A model generated the notes under the pieces. The model was not told the origin of the DNA. It saw nothing but the letters and a program-made list of their open reading frames with translations, and did not search any database. A DNA stretch of 64,000 bases from positions 7,267 through 71,266 of the forward strand of contig CAWEXP010000004.1 of assembly GCA_963813065.1 (NCBI GenBank), in the 5' to 3' direction. The stretch is from Candidatus Kaiserbacteria bacterium. GTDB taxonomy: Bacteria; Patescibacteriota; Minisyncoccia; Phycocordibacterales; Phycocordibacteraceae. Position 1 is the stretch's first letter, and every line of letters starts with the position of its first letter. Position numbers and translations under genes: made by a program. This document shows positions 35,517 through 46,533 of the stretch, piece after piece.

Positions 35517-36857
35517 TTACCCACGCAAGCCGCGCGAGCGAGCGCGACGATGCCGCGCGAGTGAGAAACGATGTGCCTCAGCATTCGCCCGCACCGCATC
35601 AACCTCGGTGACGCCCGCGAGGCGTGCGCCGATTACTTCGCGGGGGCGATGGCGCTCATCCTTGACCACTGCCGCCACAGGAATCGAGATGCCCGCGTCG
35701 GCGAGCACCGCCTCGGCCGCCTTCTTCTGTGGCTTGCCGCCGTCCACAACGATGGCACTGGGCAATTCCCACTCTGGGTGCCCGAGTCGACGTGAAAGAA
35801 TTTCGCGCAATGAGGCGATGTCGTTATTCAAATTCCGCCCATGTTTGGACTTCGTAAGTCCCTTAGCGCCCGGACTTACGAAGTCCCCGCCCCGAATGCG
35901 AAAAGTCCGGTAGTCTTTTTTTGCCGGTACGCCATCAATCAGCACAGTCATCACACCGACCGCATTGGTACCCGCGAGATGCGCGGTATCGTAGGCTTCA
36001 ATCCGGTATCCACTATTCCCTGCTATAGCAGATTTTTGTGGATACCTCCCCGTCTCACGACTCTCATCTTTAATAAGAGAGACGTCCTGGATATGATCGA
36101 GCGCAAAGAGTTGTCGTCGCGCGGTAGCCGCATCCTCGAAACGCTCTTCGCGCGCGGCAAGAGTCATCTCGCGCATGAGCGTCTTGCGCAATTCTTTGCC
36201 GCGCCCAGCCAGAAACAGCGTGACATTGCGAATCGACTTCAAATACTGCTTTCGATCGTAGTCGCGGGGATACTGCCCTATCTGCGTATTGAATTCTATT
36301 TTTGCGCGGTGATGTTTGTTGGTGGCGATGACCGGTTTCTCGGTATCGAAGAATGGGAAAATGCGTCGAATGAGTCGCAAGCCTTCGCGCAACTGCGGGC
36401 CGGAGGGATAGGGGCCGAAAATCGCCCGCAAGGCGACGCCTTGGGAAGTTGCCTTTAAGGCGTCGCCTTGAATACGGCGATTCTTAAAATCGAGATCTTT
36501 GCCGCGCACGACGAGTACGCGCGGAATGTCTTCTTTCGTGATGACGGCGTAGAGAAAGGTCGAATCATCTTTGCCATCGCTGTTCGCTGGCGGCATATGT
36601 TTCTTAATCAACACCGCCTCGCGCACCAGCGCCTCGAGCACGGTCGGTGTCGGCTCGTAGGCGAGACCGTCAGCCCGCGTCACCATGTCCACGATGCGCG
36701 GCCCGCGTGTGGCGATCAGGTCGTCGTCGAAATAGCTTCGCACGCGATCGCGCAGGCTGGTCGCCTTGCCCACATAGAGAATCTTCCTGCCCTGTTTAAA
36801 AAAATACACACCCGGCACGTCGGGCAGATCATATTTCTTGAGTTCGGCTCGTTCCAT
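35517..36857 (-). CDS. uvrC: UvrABC system protein C (GIY-YIG + UVR + RNase H; no HhH), with three palindromic inserts
   Basis: PGVYFF..ILYVGKATSLRDRVRSYF, ERFEDAA..R, RIEAYD, VDGG..Q, EAHRFS. Confidence 0.92.
   Translation of the reverse strand: MERAELKKYDLPDVPGVYFFKQGRKILYVGKATSLRDRVRSYFDDDLIATRGPRIVDMVTRADGLAYEPTPTVLEALVREAVLIKKHMPPANSDGKDDSTFLYAVITKEDIPRVLVVRGKDLDFKNRRIQGDALKATSQGVALRAIFGPYPSGPQLREGLRLIRRIFPFFDTEKPVIATNKHHRAKIEFNTQIGQYPRDYDRKQYLKSIRNVTLFLAGRGKELRKTLMREMTLAAREERFEDAATARRQLFALDHIQDVSLIKDESRETGRYPQKSAIAGNSGYRIEAYDTAHLAGTNAVGVMTVLIDGVPAKKDYRTFRIRGGDFVSPGAKGLTKSKHGRNLNNDIASLREILSRRLGHPEWELPSAIVVDGGKPQKKAAEAVLADAGISIPVAAVVKDERHRPREVIGARLAGVTEVDAVRANAEAHRFSLARHRRARSRGLRG
35837..35886. 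repeat. GGACTTCGTAAGTCC palindrome pair in uvrC
   Basis: 35847-35861 and inverted 35872-35886, preceded by gcccatgttt. Confidence 0.85.
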
Positions 36858-36960
36858 ATCGTTAGTGTGCAATACAAGTCGGTTTTAGGCGAGACTTGAC
36901 ATATCGCGAAGTAATCGACTATGGTGCACGAGTTCGCAACCGCCCGACAAGGAGATTGTC

Positions 36961-37233
36961 ATGACTGTTCTAGCCTTGATCATTATGTGGGGAGGTACCG
37001 CCGCGCTTATGTGTCTCGCCTGGTATGTCTACCAGAACTGCAAGACGCCAGAAGAATTCGAGCTCGGCGCCAAACAAATCCTTGGACTTTTCATCGTCAT
37101 TTTCGCTCTCGTCAGTCTCTTTGACTTCTGTAACGACACTATGCATTGGTTCTACTTCGGTCTCCTCGGTTCGCTCGCCGTCGGCACTACAACCGTGGTT
37201 CGCCGAATCTTCTGGCCACAGCCAGCCGTCTAA
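36961..37233 (+). CDS. Small membrane protein
   Basis: AAGGAG RBS, three TM helices, terminator ccgccc/gggcgg plus T-run at 37241-37260. Confidence 0.65.
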   Translation: MTVLALIIMWGGTAALMCLAWYVYQNCKTPEEFELGAKQILGLFIVIFALVSLFDFCNDTMHWFYFGLLGSLAVGTTTVVRRIFWPQPAV

Positions 37234-37343
37234 ACCACAACCGCCCTCGGGCGGTTTTTTCTTACTTTGCGAGAGCTTGACAAGAACTCTATTGGCGTGT
37301 ATATTGGCATGCGAGAGTTCACCGTCAATAAGGGAATGGTGTC

Positions 37344-37652
37344 ATGAGCAATTCGAGCATCAAAAACAGCATAGACCATGTCTTGCTGAAAGATCCGCCG
37401 AAATCCGAAGACCGGGACGGCGCCATCGCGCAGCTGAGGCGCCTATCGGCGAAACAGCTCGCGAACTTGTGCGAAGATCTCGACTATCTTCTTTCGCTCC
37501 GTAATCATCCGGTGCGACTCGAACTGACGAAGGTCTACAACAGTCGCCGTGCGTTTTACCAAAACGTACGTCGCGTGCAAGAAGTCGCCAATCAATATCG
37601 CGTTCGCACGGCAGAAGAGCGCGGATACAACCCTGAAGAGATATATGTTTAA
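37344..37652 (+). CDS. Hypothetical protein
   Basis: TTGACA upstream; hairpin terminator at ~37665-37692. Confidence 0.6.
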   Translation: MSNSSIKNSIDHVLLKDPPKSEDRDGAIAQLRRLSAKQLANLCEDLDYLLSLRNHPVRLELTKVYNSRRAFYQNVRRVQEVANQYRVRTAEERGYNPEEIYV

Positions 37653-37696
37653 CGCCCTTTGAGAGACCGGGAGCAATCCCGGTCTTTTCTTTATCT

Positions 37697-37727
37697 AAAA
37701 GTTAGGACACGGCGTGTCCTAACTTTT
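37697..37727. repeat. GGACAC-GGC-GTGTCC palindrome after uvrA stop (terminator-like; same family occurs inside leuS)
   Basis: aaaagttaggacac-ggc-gtgtcctaactttt. Confidence 0.75.
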
Positions 37728-40439
37728 TTATTTCTTTAATTTCCGCTTCAACACTTTCGCGAGATACTGGCCGGTGTAGGAGTGCTCGTTGTCGGCGACT
37801 TCTTCCGGCGTGCCCTTCGCGATGACCTTGCCACCCTTCACGCCACCCTCAGGGCCGAAGTCGATGAGATAATCGCTCGACTTGATGACATCGAGATTGT
37901 GTTCGATAACCACGACCGTGTTGCCGCGACGCACGAGCTCCTGCAAAATTTCTATCAGCTTGCGCACGTCCTCGTAGTGGAGGCCGACCGTCGGCTCGTC
38001 GAGGAGATAAATCGTTTTCATCACCATCGGGCGATAGAGCTCCGAGGCAATCTTCACGCGTTGGGCCTCGCCACCCGAGAGCGTCGTTGCCGATTGGCCG
38101 AGGGTGAGATATTCCAAGCCGGTCGCCTTCAGAGATTCGAGTCGGTCAGAGATCGCGGGAATGTCTTTGAAAAATTCAAGCGCTTCCTCAACCGTCATCT
38201 GCAGGACTTCATAAATATTTTTGCCATGGAAGCTGACTTCGAGTGTCTCTTTCATAAAGCGCTTGCCCTCACAGACATCGCACGTGACGTACACCGTCGG
38301 GAGGAAATGCATCTCGACCGCGATCTGCCCGTTGCCCTGGCAGGCCTCGCAGCGGCCGCCCGGGACGTTGAAGGAGAAGCGGCCCGGCCGCCAGCCGCGC
38401 GCACGCGCCTCCGAGGTCGCGGCGAAGAGGTCGCGAATATGCGTCATCGCGCCGGTGTAGGTTGCGGGATTGGAGCGCGGCGTGCGCCCAATCGGCGACT
38501 GATCGATCAGCACGGTGCGACCGACGTACTCGGTGCCGGCCATCGAGGCGACGTGCTGGAGCTTGGCTTCCCTCTTCGCGAATCGCGCCGCAAGATTTTT
38601 ATGCAAAATATCGTAGAGGAACGTCGACTTGCCACTTCCGGAGACGCCCGTGATGCAGACCAGCTTGCCGAGCGGCACATCCACATTTTGATTCTTCAGA
38701 TTGTGGAGTGTCGCACCACGAATCATAATCTTGCCCTTCTCGCTTTCGCGGCGATCCTCGGGTGTCGGGATTTCTTTTTCGAGGCGCAAATAATCGAGCG
38801 TAACGGAGCCCGAGTCGTTGTGCGGCGTGGTCAGGAGGTCGTCGAGCCAGCCTTGCAGCGACGACCTTCCCGCCGTGCGTGCCCGCGCCCGGACCAATGT
38901 CCACAATGTAGTCGGCGGCGTAGATAGTATCCTCGTCGTGCTCGACGACCACGATGGTGTTGCCGAGCTCCTTCAGCGCAAGCAGAGTCTTGATGAGGCG
39001 ATCATTGTCGCGCTGATGGAGACCGATGGTCGGCTCATCGAGCACGTACAAGGCACCCGTGAGCCCCGGCCGAGCTGGGACGCGAGACGGATGCGCTGGG
39101 CCTCGCCGCCGGAAAGGGTCGCGGCCGAGCGATCGAGGGTGAGATAGTCGAGACCAACATTGAGCATGAAGGTGAGGCGGCTGTTGATCTCGCGCAAGAT
39201 TGGTGCGGCGATATCTTTTTTCATTTCCGAAAGTTCGAGCGAATCGACAAACTTCTTCGCGTCGCCGATGGACATGTTCACAAAGTCAACAATGTTCACA
39301 CCCAGCCCATGTTCGGACTTCGTAAGTCCGGATTCCGAAGAGGACTTACGAAGTCCCCCCATTCCCTCCGACTTCAAGTACACCCGCAAAGCCTCGGGGC
39401 GCAGGCGCTTGCCGAGACAGACCGGACACACTTCCTCGGAAAAAAGTGACTCGGTGCCGAGACCGTTACAGGCCGGGCACGCACCATAGGGAGAATTGAA
39501 GGAGAAGAGTCGCGGCTCCACCTCCGGAAATGAGGCACCGTCCTCGGGGCAAATAAATTTCGACGAGAGCGTCTCGGTCGTGCCGTCCGCGTGTTTAATT
39601 TTTACCAACCCATCAGACTCTTTGAGCGCCAGCTCGAGCGCCTCGGAGAGTCGTTCACGCGCGCCTGCGGTCGAACGCGAGAATTCAGAAACGAAAATAG
39701 TGTCGACAACCGCGTCGATGTCGTGACGCTTGTTGCGGTCGAGTTCGATCTTCTCGCGGAGCGACTGCGATCTTCCCATCAATCATCACTTTTTCATATC
39801 CCTTGCCGAGAAGGTCGTAGAGCAGTTGGTAGTACTCGCCTTTGCGACCGACGACCACCGGCGCATAAATAGTCACTGCGCTCTTGTCGACAACGACCAC
39901 ATCTGCCAAGGTCGAACCTGAGAATTCGGATTTAAGGTTCGACCTTGACGCCGTGCGTCGACGCGCGTGAGCACCATTTTGATCATTTCTTCTTTCGACA
40001 ATTTTACAATCGGGACATCGTGATGGATGCAGTACGCCTGGCCCGCGCGCGCATAGAGGACGCGGAGATAATCGTAAATCTCGGTCACCGTCGCCACCGT
40101 CGAACGCGGATTGTTGGAACGACTTTTTTGGTCGATAGAAATCGCGGGCGAGAGGCCGGTAATCTCATCCACGTCTGGTTTCGCCATCTGGTTGAGGAAT
40201 TGTCGCGCGTAGGCGGAAAGCGATTCGACATAGCGACGCTGACCCTCGGCAAAAATAGTGTCGAACGCGAGCGAGGACTTCCCCGAGCCCGAGAGGCCGG
40301 TGATGACCGACATCGCCCCGCGCGGCAATTGTACGTTGATATTTTTCAAATTATGGGTGCGCGCACCCTTCACCACGAGCCAGTCGCTCCCGTGCTTGTG
40401 TTCGTGTATCTCCTTCGCGCTTTGTTTTTTGGTTGCCAT
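37728..40439 (-). CDS. uvrA: UvrABC system protein A; about four frameshifts (~39910, ~39775, ~39065, ~38855)
   Basis: [41 protein letters not shown], second ABC module GVSGSGKST...LDEPT. Confidence 0.95.
39305..39356. repeat. GGACTTCGTAAGTCC palindrome pair in uvrA
   Basis: 39315-39329 and inverted 39342-39356, preceded by gcccatgttc. Confidence 0.85.
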
Positions 40440-40495
40440 GTATGGTAATCGCCCGTCCGTGGCGGGACAGGTTCGGGCGCATTCTAGCATTGAAC

Positions 40496-42614
40496 TTAGC
40501 TTCCAGAAAGCGGCTTGCGCGTGCGACCTTTTTTCTTCGGGCCCGTGCCTTCAAGTTTATAAATCTCGTCACGGATGAGTGCGGCCGTTTCGAAATCAAG
40601 TTTCTCGACCGCTTCCGCCATCTCGTCGCGCTTCTGCTTGATGAAGGCCGTCGGGTCATCGCGGTACGCAAGCTTGTCGAGCACGAGGAGTTCGTCAATC
40701 GTCTTCTGGTGCTCGGTGCGCATCGACGCGGCAATGTCGTGAATCTCTTTGTGGATGGTCTGCGGAGTGATGCCGTGCGCCTGGTTATAGGCGAGCTGGA
40801 TGGCGCGACGACGATTCGTCTCCCCAATCGCCTTCTCGAGAGAGCCGGTCATGACGTCGGCATAGAGAATCACTTTACCGAGTACGTTACGAGCGGCTCT
40901 GCCGATGGTCTGGATGAGCGACGTCTCCGAGCGCAGGAAACCTTCTTTGTCGGCGTCGAGAATGCCCACGAGCTCCACCTCGGGCAAATCCAATCCCTCG
41001 CGCAGGAGGTTCACGCCGACGAGAATGTCGAACTTCCCTTTGCGGAAGTTGGTGAGAATGTCGATGCGGTCAATCGTCTTTACGTCGCTGTGGAGGTACT
41101 CAGCTTTTATTTTTTTCTCGCGCAAGAATTGTGCCAAGTCCTCGGCCATCTGTTTGGTGAGCGTGGTCGCGAGCGCTCGGCCACCGCCCTTGATGGTCTT
41201 CTCTGCTTCTTCAATAAAATCCGCCACCTGTCCAATGTAGGGTTTCGTAAATCCTACATGCTCGGAATGTGGGGACTTCGTAAGTCCGGACATGGGCTCG
41301 GCTCCTTCAGTTACTGGACGAATCACCAGTTCGGGATCAATGAGACCCGTTGGGCGAATAATTTGTTCGACCACTTGCTCGGAGTGCGCCTTCTCGTACG
41401 GCCCCGGTGTCGCGCTCGTGTAGAGTGCTCTGACCAATCCGATTTTCAAATTCTTCGAAGCGAAGCGGACGATTGTCGCGCGCCGAAGGGAGGCGGAAGC
41501 CGTATTCGACAAGCACATCCTTGCGCGATTTGTCGCCCGCATACATGCCGCCAATCTGCGGGACGGTGACATGCGATTCGTCGATGACCGTTAAGAAATC
41601 TGCTGAGCCGTCTTTTTTATGAGGAAAGTATGACAAAAGAGTGTGCGGCGGTTCGCCGGATGCGCGACCGTCGAAGTGGCGTGAGTAATTCTCGATACCG
41701 CTCGTGTAGCCAATCTCGCGGATGAGCGCGAGGTCGTGGAGCGTGCGACGCTTCAAGCGTTCGGCCTCGAGCGGTTTCTCCTCGCGCTTAAACTTCGCGA
41801 GCTGTCCTTCGAGCTCAAGCTTGATGTCTTCGATAGCGCGCACACGTTCCTTTTCGCTACTCACGAAGTGCTTGGCCGGAAAGACGAACACCGAATCGGG
41901 CTCGACCACTTTAGCGCGCGAGACCGGGTCGAGCTGGTGCACCGAAGAAACGACATCGCCATCGAAGGTCGCGCGATAAATCACCTTTTCGTTCACCGGC
42001 ATGAACTCGACCGCATTCCCCACTGCGCGGATCTTGCCCGGCTCGAGGTCGGCATTGGTCCGCTCGAAATAAATCCGGATGAGCTGGCGAATCAATCCTG
42101 CGCGACCACCTTCAATCGCCTTGCCGCGCACAATCTTCACGTGCACTTTCTCATATTCCTCGGGCGAGCCGAGACCGTAAATCGCGGAGACCGACGCGAC
42201 GATAATCACATCCTTGCGCGTGAGTAGCGCTTGCGTCGCCGCGTGGCGGAGACGGTCAATCTCGGCGTTAATCATCGCCTCTTTCTCGATGTACGTATCG
42301 GAGTGCGCAATGTACGCCTCGGGCTGGTAGTAGTCATAGTAAGAAACGAAATAGTGCACCGCGTTCTCGGGGAAAAATTCGCGATATTCCTGCGCGAGCT
42401 GAGCTGCGAGCGTCTTATTGTGCGCGAGGACGAGGGTCGGCTTGTCGAAGTGGGCAATAACATTGGCACAGGTGAAGGTCTTGCCCGAGCCGGTGACGCC
42501 GAGCAGAGTCTGGTGGCGCATGCCCTTCTCTAACCCCTCCTCGAGTGCGCGAATGGCCGCCGGCTGATCGCCTGCGGGCTGGTAGGGGCTCTGCAACTTG
42601 AAATTGCGCGACAT
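40496..42614 (-). CDS. uvrB: UvrABC system protein B; frameshift near 41430
   Basis: [34 protein letters not shown]-like [25 protein letters not shown] domain. Confidence 0.96.
41235..41297. repeat. Same palindrome family in uvrB (one exact, one degenerate copy)
   Basis: gggtttcgtaaatcc 41240-41254; ggacttcgtaagtcc 41273-41287 followed by ggacatgggc. Confidence 0.8.
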
Positions 42615-42665
42615 AATGCTCCAGTGTATAGTAAAACCAGAAACCTTGCACGAAAGGAATGCCGC

Positions 42666-43043
42666 ATGACTGAATCTCCCGGCGAGACCGCAATGCGTCT
42701 CTGGAATACGTACCTAAGCACCCCGAAGAAGCTCGAGAAACTGCATGGCATCAGAAATTTTCTCTTCGCACTGGCCCAAGAACAACTCGTGAAGGATGGC
42801 GTCCGGGAGATCCCCATGAATGCTCAAACATTCAAGAACCTTCCTGAACACGAATTGGTAGTGATACTGGCAGTCATCGAAGGGAACCTCCAAGACGACT
42901 CCGCGAGAGCGACGGCCGAGCTCAAACAGCTCAACGCAAAACTCAAGAAGCTGGTCGACCTCGTGGTACAAAAACGCCTCATTGCCAGCGACCCGTCTCT
43001 GGACACTCTTGTAGCCCAGGCGTCTACCTATCAGCGCCGATAA
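42666..43043 (+). CDS. Hypothetical protein
   Basis: AAGGA upstream of ATG 42666. Confidence 0.6.
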   Translation: MTESPGETAMRLWNTYLSTPKKLEKLHGIRNFLFALAQEQLVKDGVREIPMNAQTFKNLPEHELVVILAVIEGNLQDDSARATAELKQLNAKLKKLVDLVVQKRLIASDPSLDTLVAQASTYQRR

Positions 43044-43121
43044 ACGACTCTGACGACCGGAATAATCCGGTCTTTTTATTTTTCATAAAGAAAAACCCGC
43101 CGGTGGCGGGCAGGATGGTAC

Positions 43122-43463
43122 TTATTTTTGATCGGGGATCTGCAAGGCACCAGCTTTTTTGAATTGGTTGCGGAAGAACAGCACTTCGGCGGCAAAACAC
43201 GTGCGTTTATCATTGACCCATTTGTCGTACGCATCTTGGGTAGCGCCTTCCGCAATTTTTGGCTCTTTTTCTTTATAGTAACCGTCGCAGTAGCCAATGG
43301 AATAGAGCTTGATGGCCGCCACGATAGCGGCTTCCTGTTTGCTCACCTGCGGAGCTTCCGTAGTGGGATCTTCCAGCGCTACGGGCCGCGGACTGCAACA
43401 AGCAGCGGATGCGGGCAGAGCGAACAAAACAAGCGCGGCGCCGGCACAAAGAACTGAACGCAT
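43122..43463 (-). CDS. Secreted hypothetical protein
   Basis: Signal peptide ...ALPASA; AGGAG RBS. Confidence 0.6.
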   Translation of the reverse strand: MRSVLCAGAALVLFALPASAACCSPRPVALEDPTTEAPQVSKQEAAIVAAIKLYSIGYCDGYYKEKEPKIAEGATQDAYDKWVNDKRTCFAAEVLFFRNQFKKAGALQIPDQK

Positions 43464-43517
43464 GAGGAACTCCTGTGGTTGGACTATCCGCCACGGTACG
43501 CGGAATGGGGTGGTACG

Positions 43518-44741
43518 TCAAGCGTAATAATTCCGCACGAAATCGTCGCGATAGGTGTCGAAGGTGCCATCGAGAATCGCCGCGCGAGCACCGTCGACGA
43601 GCGAGATGATGAAGCCGAGATTATGGAGCGAGCAGATGACCGAGCCAAGCATCTCCTTGGAGCGGATGAGGTGCGCGACATAGGCACGCGAGAATCCTTC
43701 AACTCCTGCGATAGGAGTTTCAGGATCTAACGGACCAAAGTCATTTTTATATTTTTCGCCAGTCAAGTGAATGATGCCTTTCTTTGTATAGATAGAGCCG
43801 TGCCGACCAATGCGTGTGGGCGCGACGCAATCGAAGAGGTCCATACCGTTCGCAATGCCCTCGAGGATATCGCCCGGCTCGCCGATGCCGAGGAAATGCC
43901 GCGGCAATTCATCGGGCAATTCGCCGACGGCGGCCTGGAGCGCGCCGCGCATATCTGCCTTGCTGAAGGAGCCGCCAATACCGATGCCATCGAAACCGAG
44001 CGAGGCGATCTCGCGCGCGCTTTCTTTCCGCAAATCTTCGTGTCGCCCGCCCTGCACTATTCCAAAAATTCCCTGCGTTTTACTGGCTTCAAGATTTTGC
44101 CGATGTGCCTTCAGAGAACGCGCGGCCCACTTGTGTGTGCGTTCCATCGCCTCGCGTTGATACTCGTAGGGCTCGGTGGGCGAGGTACATTCGTCGAAGG
44201 CGAAGAACATATCGGCGCCGAGCGCGTGTTGAATCTCGATGGAACGCTCGGGCGTGAAGCGATGGAGCGAGCCGTCGAGATGACTGGTGAAGGTGACGCC
44301 TTCGTCGTCGACAATAGCGAGCTGTCCATGTTGCGATGCAACGCCCTCGTCATAGACAGAAATATCGAGGTTTAACCTCGATGAGGATTCTTCTTTGGTA
44401 AATTTTGAAATCTCGCGACCGAATGCCGCGCCGAGCGAGAAAACTTGGAATCCGCCCGAGTCGGTCATCGTAGGGCCTTTCCAATTCATAAACTGCGCGA
44501 GGCCGCCACCTTCCTGCACAATCTGCTCGCCCGGCGAGAGGTAGAGATGGTAGGTGTTCGCGAGCACGACCTGTGCGCCAAGAGCCGCGAGCTGGCTCGG
44601 TAGGACGCCCTTCACGTCGGCCTTGGTGCCGACAGGGACGAATGCAGGCGTCTGGATGACGCCGTGCGGCGTCGTGAGGATGCCCGCTCTTGCCCTGAGC
44701 GAAGTCGAACGGGTCTGTATCTCGAACCGGAGTGCACTCAT
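43518..44741 (-). CDS. tgt: tRNA-guanine transglycosylase
   Basis: TPAFVPVGT, LANTYHL, TDSGGFQVFS, FDEC, GIVQGG, DLFDCVAPTR, HNL. Confidence 0.95.
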   Translation of the reverse strand: MSALRFEIQTRSTSLRARAGILTTPHGVIQTPAFVPVGTKADVKGVLPSQLAALGAQVVLANTYHLYLSPGEQIVQEGGGLAQFMNWKGPTMTDSGGFQVFSLGAAFGREISKFTKEESSSRLNLDISVYDEGVASQHGQLAIVDDEGVTFTSHLDGSLHRFTPERSIEIQHALGADMFFAFDECTSPTEPYEYQREAMERTHKWAARSLKAHRQNLEASKTQGIFGIVQGGRHEDLRKESAREIASLGFDGIGIGGSFSKADMRGALQAAVGELPDELPRHFLGIGEPGDILEGIANGMDLFDCVAPTRIGRHGSIYTKKGIIHLTGEKYKNDFGPLDPETPIAGVEGFSRAYVAHLIRSKEMLGSVICSLHNLGFIISLVDGARAAILDGTFDTYRDDFVRNYYA

Positions 44742-44856
44742 CTGCCCACTCTAGCACGAGCTTGACAATATCCTATAGTCCGTGTACCCTATTAGGCAGA
44801 GAGGCCAGTGGTTTCGAGATTCGAATCCACCGCCCTCAAAGGTAAGGAGTTGTTCG

Positions 44857-45588
44857 ATGAAATACATGTTCGCAAAAATCGCAGGCGCGATTGTTCTCGC
44901 AGTTGCACTGAGCGGATGCGGGGCCGTCTCGGCCTTGTCGGGCGGATTCATTGACTCGGGAAGAGCTCCTTCTGGAGTCTTCAACGGTAGCAGTAACCAG
45001 CAAATGTCGAAGGTCAAGTTGTTCAAGTCGGACTATGACCCGAGAACCGGGAAAAATCCGATTCTGTACAAACAGTATCAAGCTGTAGCGGATCTCGCTG
45101 AACGTCTTGGTATCCAGATCAAGTGGCAGACATCGTCCAAAGGCCAGGCTTGTTTGACCAACGGCGCTCCGTACCTCATCGCCGGTACTGCTGGCGGAGC
45201 CACGGAAGGCGCTTTTGCCCCCTCGGCGCTCGTTCCGGCCGCCGTGGTCAATGGAACTACGTATACGCTCGGTGGTTGCGTAAACGGTTTGGTCGTCCAC
45301 TCTTACGGAGGCGACTCTGCCTCTGGCGACTCGATCGAAAAAGCGATGCGCGACATCGAAAACGACGGCACGGAATACATGGTGGTGGTTGGCACGAAGA
45401 CAGTCAAAGATAAGGACGGTAAAGAACACCAGGAAGACATTACCGAATCGCTCTTCCACAACCTCCATGTAACCGCGTCATACGATGACAGCGGCAATCG
45501 CGATGATGCGCCGGCGCCAGAATTCGCCAAGCACATGCCGGACTTCCACGGCGCGGCGGTTGGTGTTCCGACGACGCAGAATCACTAA
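44857..45588 (+). CDS. Putative lipoprotein
   Basis: Lipobox LSGC; AAGGAG RBS. Confidence 0.7.
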   Translation: MKYMFAKIAGAIVLAVALSGCGAVSALSGGFIDSGRAPSGVFNGSSNQQMSKVKLFKSDYDPRTGKNPILYKQYQAVADLAERLGIQIKWQTSSKGQACLTNGAPYLIAGTAGGATEGAFAPSALVPAAVVNGTTYTLGGCVNGLVVHSYGGDSASGDSIEKAMRDIENDGTEYMVVVGTKTVKDKDGKEHQEDITESLFHNLHVTASYDDSGNRDDAPAPEFAKHMPDFHGAAVGVPTTQNH

Positions 45589-45663
45589 CTCCTCGTACCT
45601 TCAGATAACGACATTCGCGCAGGCCCTGGCCTGCGCGAATTTTTCTTACTTATATTTGAGAAT

Positions 45664-46191
45664 CTATTTCCCTGCTTGCACGCTCCGGAGACGCACTTGG
45701 AAGACGAGTGTCGCATTCGGCGGAATCACGTTGCCCGCGCCCTGTGCGCCATAACCGAGCGTGGGCGGAATGACGAGTGTGCGTACACCGCCAACCTTCA
45801 TGCCCGCAACACCTTCGTCCCAACCCTTAATCACCTGCCCGGCGCCGAGCGTGAAGGTGAATCCGGTGGTGCCGTGATTCTGCGATGCATCGAAGACGGT
45901 GCCGTTGGTCAGCTCGCCGACGTAATCGACGGTGACCGAATCGCCTGCCTTGGCGACGGCACCCGTGCCGACGGTGTCGTCGCGCACTTCGAGCTGTGTT
46001 GCGTCAGGGATGTTCATAGTGGTGGTAGTTGCTTGAGTTTGAGTAGTGGTGTCAGCGGGATTCGTGGCAGTTTGTTGCGCAGGCGTTGTCTGCACCGGAG
46101 CACCGAAGGGCCAGAGACCAGGGAAAATAAAGAACGAAATGACAATGGCGAGTGCAAGCGCGACAGCGATACCAGTTTGGGTTTGGTTCAT
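45664..46191 (-). CDS. FKBP-type peptidyl-prolyl isomerase, membrane anchored
   Basis: VFDAS, GQVIKGWDEG, IPP.LGYG, IPPNATLVF. Confidence 0.95.
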   Translation of the reverse strand: MNQTQTGIAVALALAIVISFFIFPGLWPFGAPVQTTPAQQTATNPADTTTQTQATTTTMNIPDATQLEVRDDTVGTGAVAKAGDSVTVDYVGELTNGTVFDASQNHGTTGFTFTLGAGQVIKGWDEGVAGMKVGGVRTLVIPPTLGYGAQGAGNVIPPNATLVFQVRLRSVQAGK

Positions 46192-46206
46192 GGTGAGAAA
46201 AGTATA

Positions 46207-46503
46207 TCAGGACTGCTGGAACTCTTTAAACTTCTTGACCTCGTCGGCAACCGCGGCCTTCGCCACCTCTTCGTGGCCGGGCACCGTCGTATCGAGGAAT
46301 GTTTTGAGCGCGACGGGATCGGCCGCCTCGGAGAGCTTGGCAAATTCTTCACGTTTCTCGGCAGGCATCTTCTCGAGCACCGCGATAGTTGCCGCTTGGA
46401 GCGCCACCTCGCCGAACTGCGCGATAAGTTGCTCCTGCTCTGCGGCCGCGAGGTCGCTGATGCCCAGATCTGCCGCTATTGCTTTCATCATGTCATCTTG
46501 CAT
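46207..46503 (-). CDS. Small acidic conserved protein (DUF5663-like)
   Basis: LGISDL...EQEQLI...F pattern; family call from recall. Confidence 0.65.
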   Translation of the reverse strand: MQDDMMKAIAADLGISDLAAAEQEQLIAQFGEVALQAATIAVLEKMPAEKREEFAKLSEAADPVALKTFLDTTVPGHEEVAKAAVADEVKKFKEFQQS

Positions 46504-46533
46504 GGAGAGATTGTATCACGTGAATAAAAAATG

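Noticed and set aside
35837-41297. Repeated 15-mers as a CRISPR array
   Set aside because: Dispersed inverted pairs inside genes, no regular spacers, no cas genes. No CRISPR array or rRNA gene seen in the window.
37728-42614. Programmed frameshifting or true pseudogenes in uvrA/uvrB
   Set aside because: No consistent slippery sites; similar indels occur throughout the window, so sequencing error is more parsimonious.
44793-44838. tRNA-like TTCGAATCC segment upstream of the lipoprotein gene
   Set aside because: No cloverleaf or acceptor stem; only a simple hairpin.
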